Assembly (NCBI GenBank): GCA_963601055.1
Contig: CAVCDW010000054.1
Coordinates: 1-53,041, forward strand
Length of the DNA: 53,041 nt
Origin: Elusimicrobiaceae bacterium
Lineage (GTDB): Bacteria; Bacillota_I; Bacilli_A; Acholeplasmatales; Anaeroplasmataceae
Direction of reading: 5' to 3'
The notes beneath the pieces were generated by a model. It worked only from the letters and a program-made list of their open reading frames with translations, made no database searches and had not been told where the DNA came from. Below, piece by piece: positions 9,207 to 20,350 of the stretch (position 1 is its first letter; the number at the start of each line of letters is the position of its first letter). The position numbers were made by a program, and so were the translations under genes.

Positions 9207-12200
9207 ATGAGCAAGAATGTAAAAAGAATGGCCATTGATGGAAACTATGCAGCAGCATATGCAGCATATAATTTCACAGAGGTAGCGGGAATTTATCCTA
9301 TTACTCCTTCTACACCTATGGCTGAATATATTGATGAATGGGCTTCTCAAGGAAAGAAAAACCTTTTTGGAATGCCTGTTAAAGTTGTTGAAATGGAGTC
9401 AGAAGCAGGAGCTGCTGGAACTGTTCATGGTTCTTTAGAAGCTGGTGCGCTTACAACTACATTTACAGCATCACAAGGTTTATTATTAAAGATTCCTAAT
9501 ATGTATAAGATTGCTGGAGAACAATTACCTGGAGTTATCCATGTGGCTGCTCGTGCTCTAGCATCACAATCACTTTCAATTTTCGGAGATCATCAAGACG
9601 TTATGGCAACTCGCCAAACAGGATTTGCTATGCTTTGTTCAAACTCTGTTCAAGAGGTTATGGATCTTGCTGGAGTTGCACATTTAAGTGCAATTAAATC
9701 TTCAGTTCCATTCCTTCATTTCTTTGATGGATTTAGAACTTCACATGAAGTTAATACAGTTGAAGCAATTGATACTAATTTACTTGGAAAATTATTAGAC
9801 AAAGAAGCTTTAAAGAACTTCAGAGATAACGCATTAAATCCTGAGCATCCAAAGACAAGAGGAACTGCTCAAAATGACGACGTTTATTTCCAAACAAGAG
9901 AATTACAAAATTCATATTACAAACAAGTACCTGACATTGTAAATGATTATATGAAGAAGATTTCAAAAGCTACAGGACGTAACTATCAACCATTTGTATA
10001 TTATGGTGCAGAAGATGCGACTGATGTTGTAGTTGCTATGGGATCTTGCTGTCAAGTTGCAGAAGAAGTTGTAGATTACTTAACTAAGAAACATAAAAAA
10101 GTAGGTCTACTAGAAGTACATCTATATCGTCCTTTCTCAACTAAGTACTTATTCAAAGTTTTACCTACAACTGTAGAACGTATTGCCGTTCTTGATCGTT
10201 CAGTAGAACCAGGAGCACTAGGAGAGCCTTTATACTTAGATATTCAAAGTGCTTTCTATGGACGTCCTAACCAACCATTAATTGTAGGAGGACGTTATGG
10301 ACTTTCTTCTAAAGATGTTACTCCAGATATGATTAATGCTGTTTATGAGAACTTAAAGAAGAAAAATCCTAAGAATCATTTTACAGTAGGTATTATTGAT
10401 GACGTATCTAATACATCACTTGATGTTAAGAAACATATCGATACTGCAGATAAGGGAACAACAGAATTATTATTCTTTGGTCTTGGAGGAGACGGTATTG
10501 TTGGTGCATGTAAGAATATTTCTAAGATTGTTGGAGATTATACTGATCTTTATGCACAATCATATGCAGCATATGACTCTAAGAAATCAGGAGGATCTAC
10601 AAGACTTCACTTACGTTTTGGTAAGAAGCCAATTCGTTCTTCATACCTTGTAAATACACCTCACTTTGTTGCATGTTCAACTGATGCATATCTAAAGAAA
10701 TTTGATATGATTGATGGATTAAGAAATGGTGGTACATTCTTACTTAATACATCAGTTGCAGCTGAAAATATTGAACAATTATTACCTAACAAATATAAGA
10801 GATTACTTGCTGAAAAGAAAGCAAAATTCTATATTATTAATGCTTACCAAGCAGCTAAAGACTGTGGATTTAGCGGTGGTAAGGGAGTTAACACTGTAAT
10901 TCAATCAGCATTCTTCAAATTAAATCAAAATATTATGGATTTTGAAGAAGCTAAAGAACACATGAAAGAATTCGCAACTAAGACTTATTCTCGTAAGGGA
11001 CAAGAATTAGTTGAACAAAACCATAAAGCAATCGATTTAGGTGGAGATTTACTTGTTGAAGTAGAAGTTAAACCTGAATGGGCAACTCTTAAGGATGAAG
11101 TTAAGGCAGTTGATATGTCTCGTCCTGCATTCGTACGTAATATTGCAGACGTAATGAACGCAATTAAGGGAGATAGTCTTCCAGTATCTGCATTCAAGGA
11201 TTTAAGAGATGGTCACATGCCAGCAGGAACTGCAGCTTGGGAAAAACGTGGTACTGCAACACATACACCACTTTGGCAAGCTGAAAATTGTATTCAATGT
11301 AACCAATGTGCATTCGCATGTCCACATGCAGCAATTCGTCCATTCCTAGTAACTGATGAAGAAGCTAAGAATGCACCTAAATTAAATGTTAATGGTGAAG
11401 AGGTAGATTATCCATTACTAAATGCAATGGGTGGACCTAAATATCAAGGATACAAGTTCGGTATCGTTGTATCACCACTTGACTGTACAGGATGCGGAGT
11501 TTGTATTACTGTATGTCCAGGAAACCCTAAGAATAAGGTTGAAGATAAGAAGACTGGACAAATGGTTACTGCTAAGGCATTAAAACCACATCCACTTGCT
11601 GTTGCTGAAGCAAGAAAAGAGCCAGAAATTTGTGATTATTTCTACAACCATGTAACATATAAGAGAGAAGTTGCTGGAATCAATACAGCTAAAGATGTTC
11701 AATTCTCTAAACCATTATTCGAGTTCTCAGGAGCTTGTGGTGGATGTGGAGAAACTCCATATGTTAAGGCTGTAGCTACATTATTCGGAGATAGAATGAT
11801 GGTTGCGAACGCAACAGGATGTTCTTCAATTTATTCTGGATCATTCCCATCATCACCTTATACAACAAACGCTGAAGGAAGAGGACCAGCATGGGCTAAC
11901 TCATTATTCGAGGACAATGCTGAATTCGGATTCGGTATGAGAGTTGCGATTGAAACAATGCGTGATAGATTACAAAATGCAATGGTTAGAGGTCTTGATA
12001 CTATGACTGAAGATCAAAAAGCATTATGCAATGAATGGATTGAAAATCGTACTGATGGAGCTAAGACTAAAGAACTTGCACCAAAGATTGTTGAAGCATT
12101 CACAAATGATGAGCATGAATATGCAAAAGAAATTATTGATTTAAAACAATATATTATTAAGATTTCTCAATGGATCATCGGAGGAGATGGATGGGCTTAT

Positions 12201-12830
12201 GACATCGGTTATGGTGGATTAGACCATGTTATCGCTAACAATGAAGATGTAAATATCTTAATTGTTGATACTGAGGTTTACTCTAATACTGGTGGACAAT
12301 CATCTAAATCATCTAGAACAGGATCTATTGCTAAGTTTACTGCATCAGGAAAACGTGCAAAGAAGAAAGATTTAGCATCTATTGCTATGTCTTATGGACA
12401 TGTATATGTCGCAACTGTTTGTCATGGTGCTAACCAAAACCAAGTAATTAAGGCATTAAAAGAAGCTGAAGCTTACAAAGGACCATCTGTTGTAATTTGT
12501 TATGCCCCATGTATTGCACACAATATTAAATCAGGACTTTATATGTCTCAAATGGAAGCTAAGATGGCTACTGAATGTGGATACTTCCCAACATTTAGAT
12601 ATAATCCAGATTTAGCTAAAGAAGGAAAGAATCCATTCCAATTAGATTCTTCTAAAGAACCTAAATGGGAGAAATATCATGACTTCTTAATGAACGAAGG
12701 ACGTTATTCTCAACTTGTTAAGGTAAACCCTGAAAAGGCTCAAGCATTACTTGACTTTAACAAAGAAGATGCACAACATCGTTTCGCTCACTACATGGAT
12801 TTATTAAATGATCCTCATTACCAAAAGTAA
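9207..12830 (+). CDS. nifJ: Pyruvate:ferredoxin (flavodoxin) oxidoreductase, single-polypeptide type
   Basis: About 1200 aa. Two ferredoxin-type 4Fe-4S motifs (CIQCNQCAFACPH and CTGCGVCITVCP) and the TPP-binding block GGDGWAYDIGYGGLDH. An AGGAGGA RBS (9194..9200) precedes the ATG at 9207. Confidence 0.95.
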   Translation: MSKNVKRMAIDGNYAAAYAAYNFTEVAGIYPITPSTPMAEYIDEWASQGKKNLFGMPVKVVEMESEAGAAGTVHGSLEAGALTTTFTASQGLLLKIPNMYKIAGEQLPGVIHVAARALASQSLSIFGDHQDVMATRQTGFAMLCSNSVQEVMDLAGVAHLSAIKSSVPFLHFFDGFRTSHEVNTVEAIDTNLLGKLLDKEALKNFRDNALNPEHPKTRGTAQNDDVYFQTRELQNSYYKQVPDIVNDYMKKISKATGRNYQPFVYYGAEDATDVVVAMGSCCQVAEEVVDYLTKKHKKVGLLEVHLYRPFSTKYLFKVLPTTVERIAVLDRSVEPGALGEPLYLDIQSAFYGRPNQPLIVGGRYGLSSKDVTPDMINAVYENLKKKNPKNHFTVGIIDDVSNTSLDVKKHIDTADKGTTELLFFGLGGDGIVGACKNISKIVGDYTDLYAQSYAAYDSKKSGGSTRLHLRFGKKPIRSSYLVNTPHFVACSTDAYLKKFDMIDGLRNGGTFLLNTSVAAENIEQLLPNKYKRLLAEKKAKFYIINAYQAAKDCGFSGGKGVNTVIQSAFFKLNQNIMDFEEAKEHMKEFATKTYSRKGQELVEQNHKAIDLGGDLLVEVEVKPEWATLKDEVKAVDMSRPAFVRNIADVMNAIKGDSLPVSAFKDLRDGHMPAGTAAWEKRGTATHTPLWQAENCIQCNQCAFACPHAAIRPFLVTDEEAKNAPKLNVNGEEVDYPLLNAMGGPKYQGYKFGIVVSPLDCTGCGVCITVCPGNPKNKVEDKKTGQMVTAKALKPHPLAVAEARKEPEICDYFYNHVTYKREVAGINTAKDVQFSKPLFEFSGACGGCGETPYVKAVATLFGDRMMVANATGCSSIYSGSFPSSPYTTNAEGRGPAWANSLFEDNAEFGFGMRVAIETMRDRLQNAMVRGLDTMTEDQKALCNEWIENRTDGAKTKELAPKIVEAFTNDEHEYAKEIIDLKQYIIKISQWIIGGDGWAYDIGYGGLDHVIANNEDVNILIVDTEVYSNTGGQSSKSSRTGSIAKFTASGKRAKKKDLASIAMSYGHVYVATVCHGANQNQVIKALKEAEAYKGPSVVICYAPCIAHNIKSGLYMSQMEAKMATECGYFPTFRYNPDLAKEGKNPFQLDSSKEPKWEKYHDFLMNEGRYSQLVKVNPEKAQALLDFNKEDAQHRFAHYMDLLNDPHYQK

Positions 12831-12847
12831 TAATTAAAACTTAAATT

Positions 12848-12875
12848 GAGTACCTTTTCGGAGGTACTCTTTTTC
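12848..12875 (+). terminator. Rho-independent terminator after the PFOR gene
   Basis: gagtacct (12848..12855) pairs with aggtactc (12862..12869), followed by tttttc. Confidence 0.8.
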
Positions 12876-12927
12876 TTCTATTTATAATAAAAATATTGTA
12901 TAATGAAAAGAAAGGAGTGGTGTTTTT

Positions 12928-13638
12928 ATGTTTTTACAAGCTTTAGATCCACTAGCTAAAATATTGGGTAGTTGGTGTTATGATCCTTCAAATATTTGGG
13001 GAATTATTTTTAAAATATTACTTGCGACTATTCTTGGTGGTGGAATTGGGGCAGAAAGATGTACTAAACACCATGTAGCTGGTTTTAGAACATATGTGTT
13101 AGTATGTTTAGGTAGTACTGTTTGTATGATGATTAATTCGTCACTTTCTGATTCATCTGATTCAGTGCGTTTAGCAGCAGGAGTAATAACAGGAGTAGGT
13201 TTTTTAGGCGCTGGAACAATACTTGTAACAACTCGTTCACAAGTAAGGGGGCTTACTGCAGCCGCAGCTTTATGGGCAACTTGTGCTCTAGGTATTGCGA
13301 TAGGTGCTACATTCTATAGTGTTGCGTTAATATCTTTTGTAGCTATACTATTTACACTAAGTGTATTTCCTTATCTTGAAAGAAAACTTCAAAGAAATTC
13401 AAAGGAATTTGATGTTCATGTTGAACTTGATTCAAGACCAGTATTAAAAACATTAATTGATAATTTAAGAGAAAAAGGATTAATTATCAATTCTATTACG
13501 TATGATACGGCATATGCCCAAACAGGACTTTCTGTTTATACACTTACAATCTATGTTAATTATACAAAGCTAAAATCTAAGGATGTAGTATCATACATAA
13601 ATGATTTTGATTTTGTTCACTTTGCGGAGGTTATATAA
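12928..13638 (+). CDS. mgtC: MgtC/SapB family membrane protein
   Basis: N-terminal block GGGIGAERCTKHHVAGFRTYVLVCLGS and GVGFLGAGTIL, with a soluble C-terminal domain. This is the typical MgtC architecture. Confidence 0.8.
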   Translation: MFLQALDPLAKILGSWCYDPSNIWGIIFKILLATILGGGIGAERCTKHHVAGFRTYVLVCLGSTVCMMINSSLSDSSDSVRLAAGVITGVGFLGAGTILVTTRSQVRGLTAAAALWATCALGIAIGATFYSVALISFVAILFTLSVFPYLERKLQRNSKEFDVHVELDSRPVLKTLIDNLREKGLIINSITYDTAYAQTGLSVYTLTIYVNYTKLKSKDVVSYINDFDFVHFAEVI

Positions 13639-14474
13639 TGAAATACATTGGTTCTCATTTATCAATTTCAAAAGGCTTTGTAGGAGCCGCAAAACAAACT
13701 ATAAAAAATGGTGGTAATACATATCAATATTTTTCAAGGAATCCAAGAGGTGGTGCTAGAAAGGAAATAGATGAGGAAGATATTTTAAACTTCTTGAAAA
13801 TTTCAAAAGAAAATAATTTTGGACAACTAATATGCCATGCTCCATACACCTTAAATCCTTGTAGTTCGAAAGAAGAAGTAAGAGAATTTGCGAAACAAGT
13901 ATTTAAAGAAGATATAGAATTATTAGAACATTTTCCAAATGCATTATATAATTTCCATCCAGGTTCTCATGTAGGACAAGGAGTAGAGATAGGAATCTCA
14001 GAAACAATTGATATTTTAAATGAAGTAATGTATGATGGAATGAAAACAACAATTCTTCTTGAAACAATGGCAGGTAAGGGTAGTGAAATTGGTTCAAGTT
14101 TTATTGAATTAAAACAAATAATAGATGGTGTTAAATATAGGGAAAATATAGGAGTTTGTCTTGATACATGCCATGTGTGGGATGCAGGGTATGATTTATT
14201 TAATAAATATGATGAAGTATTTTCTGAATTTGATAATATAATCGGATTAGATAAGTTAAAAGCAATCCATTTAAATGATTCTAAAAATCCTTTAGGATCA
14301 CATAAAGACCGCCATGAAATCATCGGTAAAGGATTTATAGGTATTGATGTTTTCAAAAGAATAGTTAATGATAAAAGATTTGATAATATCCCAATGTGTC
14401 TTGAAACTCCACAAACTGATGAAAATCTATACGCCGAAGAAATTATGTTGCTAAAAAAATTAAGAAATGAATAA
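13638..14474 (+). CDS. nfo: Endonuclease IV (AP endonuclease)
   Basis: IGSHLSISKGF, FHPGSH, DTCH and HLNDSKNPLGSHKDRHEIIGKG metal-ligand blocks. The start overlaps the mgtC stop (TAATG). Confidence 0.9.
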   Translation: MKYIGSHLSISKGFVGAAKQTIKNGGNTYQYFSRNPRGGARKEIDEEDILNFLKISKENNFGQLICHAPYTLNPCSSKEEVREFAKQVFKEDIELLEHFPNALYNFHPGSHVGQGVEIGISETIDILNEVMYDGMKTTILLETMAGKGSEIGSSFIELKQIIDGVKYRENIGVCLDTCHVWDAGYDLFNKYDEVFSEFDNIIGLDKLKAIHLNDSKNPLGSHKDRHEIIGKGFIGIDVFKRIVNDKRFDNIPMCLETPQTDENLYAEEIMLLKKLRNE

Positions 14475-14940
14475 AAAATATATTAGAATTATTTTTGGAA
14501 TAATCTATATATTATTAATTTTATTCTTCACGTATAAATGCTTTGAAAATGGTGAGACATCATCAAACTCAAGTTATAAGGTAGCTAAACTAATAAAAAA
14601 TATTTCAAATAATATATTTAATACCAATATTAAAATGACAGATAAATATTTAACTTTCATAAGAAAGCTAATAGGACATTTCTTATATTTTTTAATATTA
14701 GGATTAGTATCTATAATATTTTATTTAACATTTAATTTTAAAATTAGAGTATTAATCCATTACATTGTAGGATTTGTTTTTGCGTTTGTATCTGAATTTT
14801 TATTCGAAGGATTTACAAGTGGAAGAAACGCAAGTTTTAAGGATGTAATGATAGACTATTCTGGCTTTATATTATTATCAACAATAATACTTATAATTTA
14901 TAAAATACATAATAAAAAAGAAATAGAATCTAGTTTATGA
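14467..14940 (+). CDS. VanZ-like family membrane protein
   Basis: Small 4-TM protein with the RKLIGHFLYFLILG block characteristic of VanZ-like proteins. It overlaps the nfo 3' end by 8 nt. Confidence 0.55.
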   Translation: MNKKYIRIIFGIIYILLILFFTYKCFENGETSSNSSYKVAKLIKNISNNIFNTNIKMTDKYLTFIRKLIGHFLYFLILGLVSIIFYLTFNFKIRVLIHYIVGFVFAFVSEFLFEGFTSGRNASFKDVMIDYSGFILLSTIILIIYKIHNKKEIESSL

Positions 14941-14952
14941 TTCTATCTTTTA
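14924..14952 (+). terminator. Putative terminator after the mgtC-nfo-vanZ-like operon
   Basis: atagaatc (14924..14931) pairs with gattctat (14940..14947), followed by ctttt. The stem overlaps the stop codon. Confidence 0.45.
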
Positions 14953-15030
14953 ACTTTTGAGCATTTCGTTTGACAATAAATCTTTATATTGTGTATAATA
15001 CGTAAGTATTTATTAATAGGAGTGGTAAAA

Positions 15031-15855
15031 ATGGCCAAAACAATAGAAATAAAGAATTTATATACCAAAACTAAAGATACTGGAATGGAAATATTAAAGG
15101 GATTTAGTCTTACTATGCATACAGGAGAAGTTCATGCGATTATGGGACCTAATGGTACAGGTAAATCAACACTTGTAAATACTATTATGGGAAATAGCAA
15201 GTATGTAGTTACTGCAGGTGAAATTTTGGTTGATGGAGTAAATATTAATCAAATGAGTGTTGATGAAAGAGCACGTCTAGGATTATTTTTAGCATATCAA
15301 AATCCTGCGGAAGTACCAGGAGTTACAAACTCTGATTTCGTAAGAGCCGCAATGAAAGCTACAAGTGGTAAGGATGTATCCCTTTTTAGTTTTATTAAAG
15401 AATATGATAGGGCATGTAAGGATCTTTCAATGCCTGAAGGATTAGCACATAGATTCTTAAATGAAGGATTTAGTGGTGGAGAAAAGAAACGTAATGAAGT
15501 TTTACAATTAAAAATGTTAAAACCATCTTTTGCGTTGTTAGATGAAATAGATTCAGGACTTGATGTAGATGCATTAAGAATCGTAGGAGATAATGTTTAT
15601 AGCCTTGTAGGAGAAAATATGGGAGTGCTTTTAATTACTCACTACAAACGTCTTTTAGACTACATTAAACCTACACATGTACACGTTATGATTAACGGTA
15701 GAATTGTTAAAAATGGCGGAAATGAACTTATCGAAAAAATCGATAATGAAGGTTATGACTGGGTTAAAAAGGAATTAGGAATTGAAATAGAAAAGAAGGA
15801 AGAAGAAAGAACACACGCAATGCTAGGTAGTTGTGCTTTTTCTAATAAAAAATAA
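15031..15855 (+). CDS. sufC: Fe-S cluster assembly ATPase SufC
   Basis: Walker A GPNGTGKST, the SufC-type signature FSGGEKKRNEVLQL, and Walker B LLDEIDSGLD. An AGGAGTGG RBS precedes the ATG at 15031. The protein has a short C-terminal extension. Confidence 0.93.
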   Translation: MAKTIEIKNLYTKTKDTGMEILKGFSLTMHTGEVHAIMGPNGTGKSTLVNTIMGNSKYVVTAGEILVDGVNINQMSVDERARLGLFLAYQNPAEVPGVTNSDFVRAAMKATSGKDVSLFSFIKEYDRACKDLSMPEGLAHRFLNEGFSGGEKKRNEVLQLKMLKPSFALLDEIDSGLDVDALRIVGDNVYSLVGENMGVLLITHYKRLLDYIKPTHVHVMINGRIVKNGGNELIEKIDNEGYDWVKKELGIEIEKKEEERTHAMLGSCAFSNKK

Positions 15856-16625
15856 TGAATACAATTACTTTAAATCCTAAAGATAATGAAACATTAATAC
15901 TTGATACAAAAAATACAAATTATGTAATAAATGTATTAGAAAATACTCATGTAAAAATATATGAATATGATATTGATAATTCCAATGTTAGCCTAAATGC
16001 TGGGGTTTATGCAGAAATTTCTTATGATGTCATAAATCTTACTGCTGTAAATATAGTAAGAAAAATAGATTTAAAAAAATATGCTGAAATAAAAATGAAT
16101 ACTATAAATCTTTCAGTATTAAAAGATGATTCACAAATTAATTTAGATGGTGAAGGAGCAAGATTTGATATGAACAATCTTGCGATTATTTGTAATGGAA
16201 ACCAACTTATGAAAACACATGTTTTTCATAATTCTTTAAATGGACATTCAAAAATATATAATATCGGTGTTGCGATTGAAAATGCGGATATACTATTTGA
16301 TACAACAGGAGAAGTTGTAAAAGGTTGTGAATTAAATGACTGTAGACAATTATCAAAAGGTATCATTATAGGGGATAATGCTAAGATAACAGAACGTCCT
16401 ATTTTATTAATTGATAACTATAATGTTAGTGCTTATCATGGTGCTTCAATAGGAAAAATGAGTGAAGAACAATTATTCTATTTAATGAGCCGTGGTATAC
16501 CTAAAAAAGAAGCATTCATGCTTATTTTAAATGGCCTAATAGCGCCATTCTTAGCTAATGTAGATGATAGCAAGAAGAAAGAAACATCACTTCAAATTGA
16601 AGCCTTACTTGAGGAGGAGAAATAA
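15855..16625 (+). CDS. sufD: Fe-S cluster assembly protein SufD (compact, 256 aa)
   Basis: Position between sufC and sufS. The C-terminal block [29 protein letters not shown] parallels the SufB C-terminus ([21 protein letters not shown]). Confidence 0.75.
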   Translation: MNTITLNPKDNETLILDTKNTNYVINVLENTHVKIYEYDIDNSNVSLNAGVYAEISYDVINLTAVNIVRKIDLKKYAEIKMNTINLSVLKDDSQINLDGEGARFDMNNLAIICNGNQLMKTHVFHNSLNGHSKIYNIGVAIENADILFDTTGEVVKGCELNDCRQLSKGIIIGDNAKITERPILLIDNYNVSAYHGASIGKMSEEQLFYLMSRGIPKKEAFMLILNGLIAPFLANVDDSKKKETSLQIEALLEEEK

Positions 16626-17833
16626 TGTTAGATGTAAATAAAATTAAAACATATTTTCCTGTTTTAGAAGAAAACAAAAACCTTAGTTACCTAGATAGCG
16701 CAGCTTCTGCTCTAAAACCAAAGGTTGTAATAGACTCTATTACAGATTATTATACTCATCTTGGAGTAAACGTTCATAGAGGTGTTTATGATCTATCATA
16801 TAGAGCAACTGACCTTTATGAAGCAGCTAGAGGTAAGGTTGCTAGATTCTTAAATGCAAAAGAAGAAGAAATAGTATTTACAAGAGGAGCTTCTGCATCC
16901 CTAAACCTTGTCGCATCTAGCTATGGTATGAAATATATTAATGAAGGTGATGAGGTTATAACATCTGAACTTGAACACCATTCATCTCATATGCCATGGT
17001 TTAATGTATGCCAAAAAAAGGGAGCTACATTAAAATACATTCCTCTAAATGAAGAAGGAAGAATTACTGTTGAAAACTTCAAAAGTATTTTAACAGATAA
17101 AACTAAAGTAGTAGCCTTAACATATGTTTCAAATGTTATGGGATATATTACACCTATAAAAGAAATAATAAAAATCTGTCACGAGAGAGGTATTGTTGTA
17201 TCAGTTGATGGTGCACAAGCAGTTCCTCATATGAAAATCGATGTTAAAGAATTAGATTGCGATTTCTTATCTTTTAGTGGGCACAAAATGTGTGGACCAT
17301 CTGGTGTTGGAGTACTTTATGGTAAGTATGAATTACTAGATAAAATGGATCCAATTGAATTTGGTGGAGATATGGCTGATGAAGTATATAAAGATAGTCA
17401 AACATATAAAGCTGTCCCTTATAAATTTGAAACAGGAACGCCAATTATTGCGTCTGTTATAGGATTAGGTACTGCAGTTGATTTTCTAGATTCTATTAAT
17501 TTAGATGAAGTTGCAGAACATGAAAAAATGCTTGCGGATACATGCAGAAAAATGTTAAGTGAACTAGAAGATGTAGAGGTATATAATATGGGTGCTGAAA
17601 CTGGTGTTGTAGCATTCAACATCAAAGGAGTACATCCACATGATGCGGCTTCTATATACGACAAAAATGGTGTGTGCATTCGTGCAGGACATCACTGTGC
17701 ACAACTTATTACAAGATGGTTAAATCAAATTTCAACTACTCGTGCATCATTTTATATGTATAACACATTAGATGATGTTTATAATTTAGTAAATAGTGTT
17801 AAGGAAGCAAGAGATTTCTTTAAACAATTTTAA
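16625..17833 (+). CDS. sufS: Cysteine desulfurase SufS (class II)
   Basis: YLDSAAS, the PLP lysine block SFSGHKMCGPSGVGVLYG, and the catalytic cysteine block RAGHHCAQ. Confidence 0.93.
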   Translation: MLDVNKIKTYFPVLEENKNLSYLDSAASALKPKVVIDSITDYYTHLGVNVHRGVYDLSYRATDLYEAARGKVARFLNAKEEEIVFTRGASASLNLVASSYGMKYINEGDEVITSELEHHSSHMPWFNVCQKKGATLKYIPLNEEGRITVENFKSILTDKTKVVALTYVSNVMGYITPIKEIIKICHERGIVVSVDGAQAVPHMKIDVKELDCDFLSFSGHKMCGPSGVGVLYGKYELLDKMDPIEFGGDMADEVYKDSQTYKAVPYKFETGTPIIASVIGLGTAVDFLDSINLDEVAEHEKMLADTCRKMLSELEDVEVYNMGAETGVVAFNIKGVHPHDAASIYDKNGVCIRAGHHCAQLITRWLNQISTTRASFYMYNTLDDVYNLVNSVKEARDFFKQF

Positions 17834-17847
17834 TTGGAGGATAAATT

Positions 17848-18297
17848 ATGCCAAGTCATGATATTGAACAACTTTATAGAGATGTAATCATGGATAATTA
17901 TAAAAACCCACATAATAAAGGTTTATTACATCAAGTAGGTTATACACCTATTCATATGAATAACCCTTCATGTGGTGATGATATGAATGTTGAAGTTAAA
18001 GTAGAAAATGGTATTATAACTGATGTTAGACAAGATGGACATGGTTGTTCAATTTGTTGTTCATCAGCTTCAGTAATGAGTGAAACATTAAAAGGTAAAT
18101 CAGTAGAAGAAGCTAAAAAGATAATATTATCATTCTATCAAATGATACAATCAAATCCAATTTCAGAAGAGGAAGAAGAGGCTTTAGGAGAAGCTATTGC
18201 TTACACTGGGGTTTCTCAATTCCCTGCGCGTATTAAGTGCGCAACGCTTTCATGGAAGGCTATAGAAAAAGCTTTAAATGAGGGGGATGAAAAATAA
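17848..18297 (+). CDS. sufU: Zinc-dependent sulfurtransferase SufU (IscU-like)
   Basis: [20 protein letters not shown] and [10 protein letters not shown] cysteine ligand blocks, with Firmicute suf operon placement. Confidence 0.88.
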   Translation: MPSHDIEQLYRDVIMDNYKNPHNKGLLHQVGYTPIHMNNPSCGDDMNVEVKVENGIITDVRQDGHGCSICCSSASVMSETLKGKSVEEAKKIILSFYQMIQSNPISEEEEEALGEAIAYTGVSQFPARIKCATLSWKAIEKALNEGDEK

Positions 18298-19706
18298 TGG
18301 ATGATAATAAAGAAACTGAATTAGTTGGTGAATATAAATATGGTTTTAGAACTGAGACTAAATCAGTAATAACATCTGGTAAAGGTCTTAGTGAAGAAAC
18401 TGTTAGATTTATATCAAAAGCTAAAAATGAACCATCATGGATGTTAGAATTTAGACTTAAAGCTTATGAAGCTTTTAAGAAATTAAAAAATCCAACATGG
18501 GGTCCTGACTTATCAGGAATAATGTTTGATGAATATACATATTATATCAAATCAACAAAAGGTGGAGCTGAATCAGATTGGGATAATGTCCCAAAAGAGA
18601 TTAAGGAAACTTTTGATAAACTTGGAGTACCAGAGTCTGAAAGAAAGTATTTTGCAGGAGCTTCTAATCAATTTGAATCTGAAGTAGTTTACCATAAGAA
18701 TTTGAAGGAATTAGAAGATTTAGGCGTAATTTTCTGCGATACAGATACAGCACTTAGGCAATACCCTGATTTAGTTAAAAAGTATATTGGAAAAGTAGTT
18801 CCTGTAACAGATAATAAATATGCAGCACTAAATAGTGCAGTATGGTCTGGTGGATCATTTATATATGTACCTAAAGGAGTACATGTTGAAAAACCTGTAC
18901 AATCATACTTTAGAATAAATTCTGAGCGTATGGGACAATTTGAGCGTACATTAATAATAGTAGATGATGACGCATCTATTCATTATGTTGAAGGATGTAC
19001 AGCGCCTCAATATTCAAAAGATTCGCTTCATGCGGCCGTAGTTGAAATATATGTTGGTAAAAATGCTAAGGCTAGATATTCAACTGTTCAAAACTGGGCT
19101 ACAAATATTGTTAACCTTGTAACAAAACGTGCATTAGTTGATGATTATGGTGAAATGGATTGGATTGATGGTAATGTAGGAGCCGGATTAAACATGAAAT
19201 ATCCTGCATGTATCTTAAAAGGTGTTGGATCTAAAGGTACTATGATATCTATTGCGTTTGCAGGCCAAAAAGAACAAATTCAAGATACAGGGGCTAAAAT
19301 GATTCATTTAGGTGAAAATTCAACTTCAAAAATCATTTCAAAATCTGTATGTAAAAATGGTGGAGTTGTAAACTACCGTGGACTTGTGACTTCAGGACCT
19401 TTAGCAAAAGGTGCTAAATCACATGTAGAATGTGATACACTAATCCTTGATAATAAATCTAAATCTGATACTATCCCAACAAATGCTGGTGCTAATAGCG
19501 ATATGTATATTGAACATGAAGCTACAGTATCAAAAGTTAATGAAGAACAACTGTTCTATTTAATGTCTAGAGGACTTACTGAAGAAGAAGCTACACAAAT
19601 GATTGTAATGGGATTTATTGAACCATTCTCAAAAGAACTTCCTATGGAATATGCAGTAGAGTTGAATAGATTGATTAAACTTAATATGGAAGGTTCAATT
19701 GGTTAA
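18297..19706 (+). CDS. sufB: Fe-S cluster assembly scaffold SufB
   Basis: 469 aa, with VEGCTAP, the beta-helix region, and the [17 protein letters not shown]-terminal block. Confidence 0.93.
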   Translation: MDDNKETELVGEYKYGFRTETKSVITSGKGLSEETVRFISKAKNEPSWMLEFRLKAYEAFKKLKNPTWGPDLSGIMFDEYTYYIKSTKGGAESDWDNVPKEIKETFDKLGVPESERKYFAGASNQFESEVVYHKNLKELEDLGVIFCDTDTALRQYPDLVKKYIGKVVPVTDNKYAALNSAVWSGGSFIYVPKGVHVEKPVQSYFRINSERMGQFERTLIIVDDDASIHYVEGCTAPQYSKDSLHAAVVEIYVGKNAKARYSTVQNWATNIVNLVTKRALVDDYGEMDWIDGNVGAGLNMKYPACILKGVGSKGTMISIAFAGQKEQIQDTGAKMIHLGENSTSKIISKSVCKNGGVVNYRGLVTSGPLAKGAKSHVECDTLILDNKSKSDTIPTNAGANSDMYIEHEATVSKVNEEQLFYLMSRGLTEEEATQMIVMGFIEPFSKELPMEYAVELNRLIKLNMEGSIG

Positions 19707-19711
19707 AAAAT

Positions 19712-19745
19712 AAAGTAGAAGAACGTAATTGTTTTTCTACTTTTT
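19712..19745 (+). terminator. Rho-independent terminator after the suf operon
   Basis: A 13-bp stem pairs aaagtagaagaac (19712..19724) with gtttttctacttt (19731..19743), including one G-U pair. The 3' side is T-rich. Confidence 0.6.
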
Positions 19746-19786
19746 GCCTAAATAATGGTATAATGAAATAGAAAGGAAGGTAAGAT

Positions 19787-20350
19787 ATGTATAATCAGTA
19801 TATTTTAATTAAATATCAAAATGTTTTATCTTCTGATATAAAAGATTTCTTTAAGAATTTTTTAGGAAATAAAATTGAAATTAAAGATGATAATAATGTA
19901 ATTACAATATGTCATTCATATGATAATGAAGAAGAGATATTTGAAGCATTATCAGGACTTGTAGTAGACTATGATACAAAACTATATGCATATACTTCAA
20001 GAATTGATTTTAATGAAACAAATTATAATATTATTAAAGACTATTTTTTAAAAGAAGAATTAAAAGAAAATGTTTATAATGAACATAAATTTATTCTAGA
20101 ACTTGTTCTAAAAGGTAAAACAAAGGATTTAGATAAAGTAGTACTTTCATCATATTATAATGATATAAATATGATTGAAACTCTAAAAGCTTTTATAGAA
20201 AATGATATGAACACATCAAAAACTGCAAATGCGATTTATATGCATCGTAATACTTTAATAAATAAATTAGATAGATTTACAAAGATTACAGGCTATGATA
20301 TCAAAAAGTTTTGTGATGCGTTTATAATTTATCACTTGATAAAGAAATAA
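19787..20350 (+). CDS. PucR/CdaR-type C-terminal HTH transcriptional regulator (small)
   Basis: The C-terminal block NTSKTANAIYMHRNTLINKLDRFTKITGYDI matches the PucR-family HTH pattern (lH.HrNTl.yRl.ki...tG.d). I do not recognise the N-terminal part. Confidence 0.55.
   Translation: MYNQYILIKYQNVLSSDIKDFFKNFLGNKIEIKDDNNVITICHSYDNEEEIFEALSGLVVDYDTKLYAYTSRIDFNETNYNIIKDYFLKEELKENVYNEHKFILELVLKGKTKDLDKVVLSSYYNDINMIETLKAFIENDMNTSKTANAIYMHRNTLINKLDRFTKITGYDIKKFCDAFIIYHLIKK

Noticed and set aside
9114-9350. 78-aa minus-strand ORF across the PFOR promoter and start.
   Set aside because: It runs antisense through the PFOR promoter, RBS and N-terminus. The translation is cysteine- and isoleucine-rich junk with no RBS.
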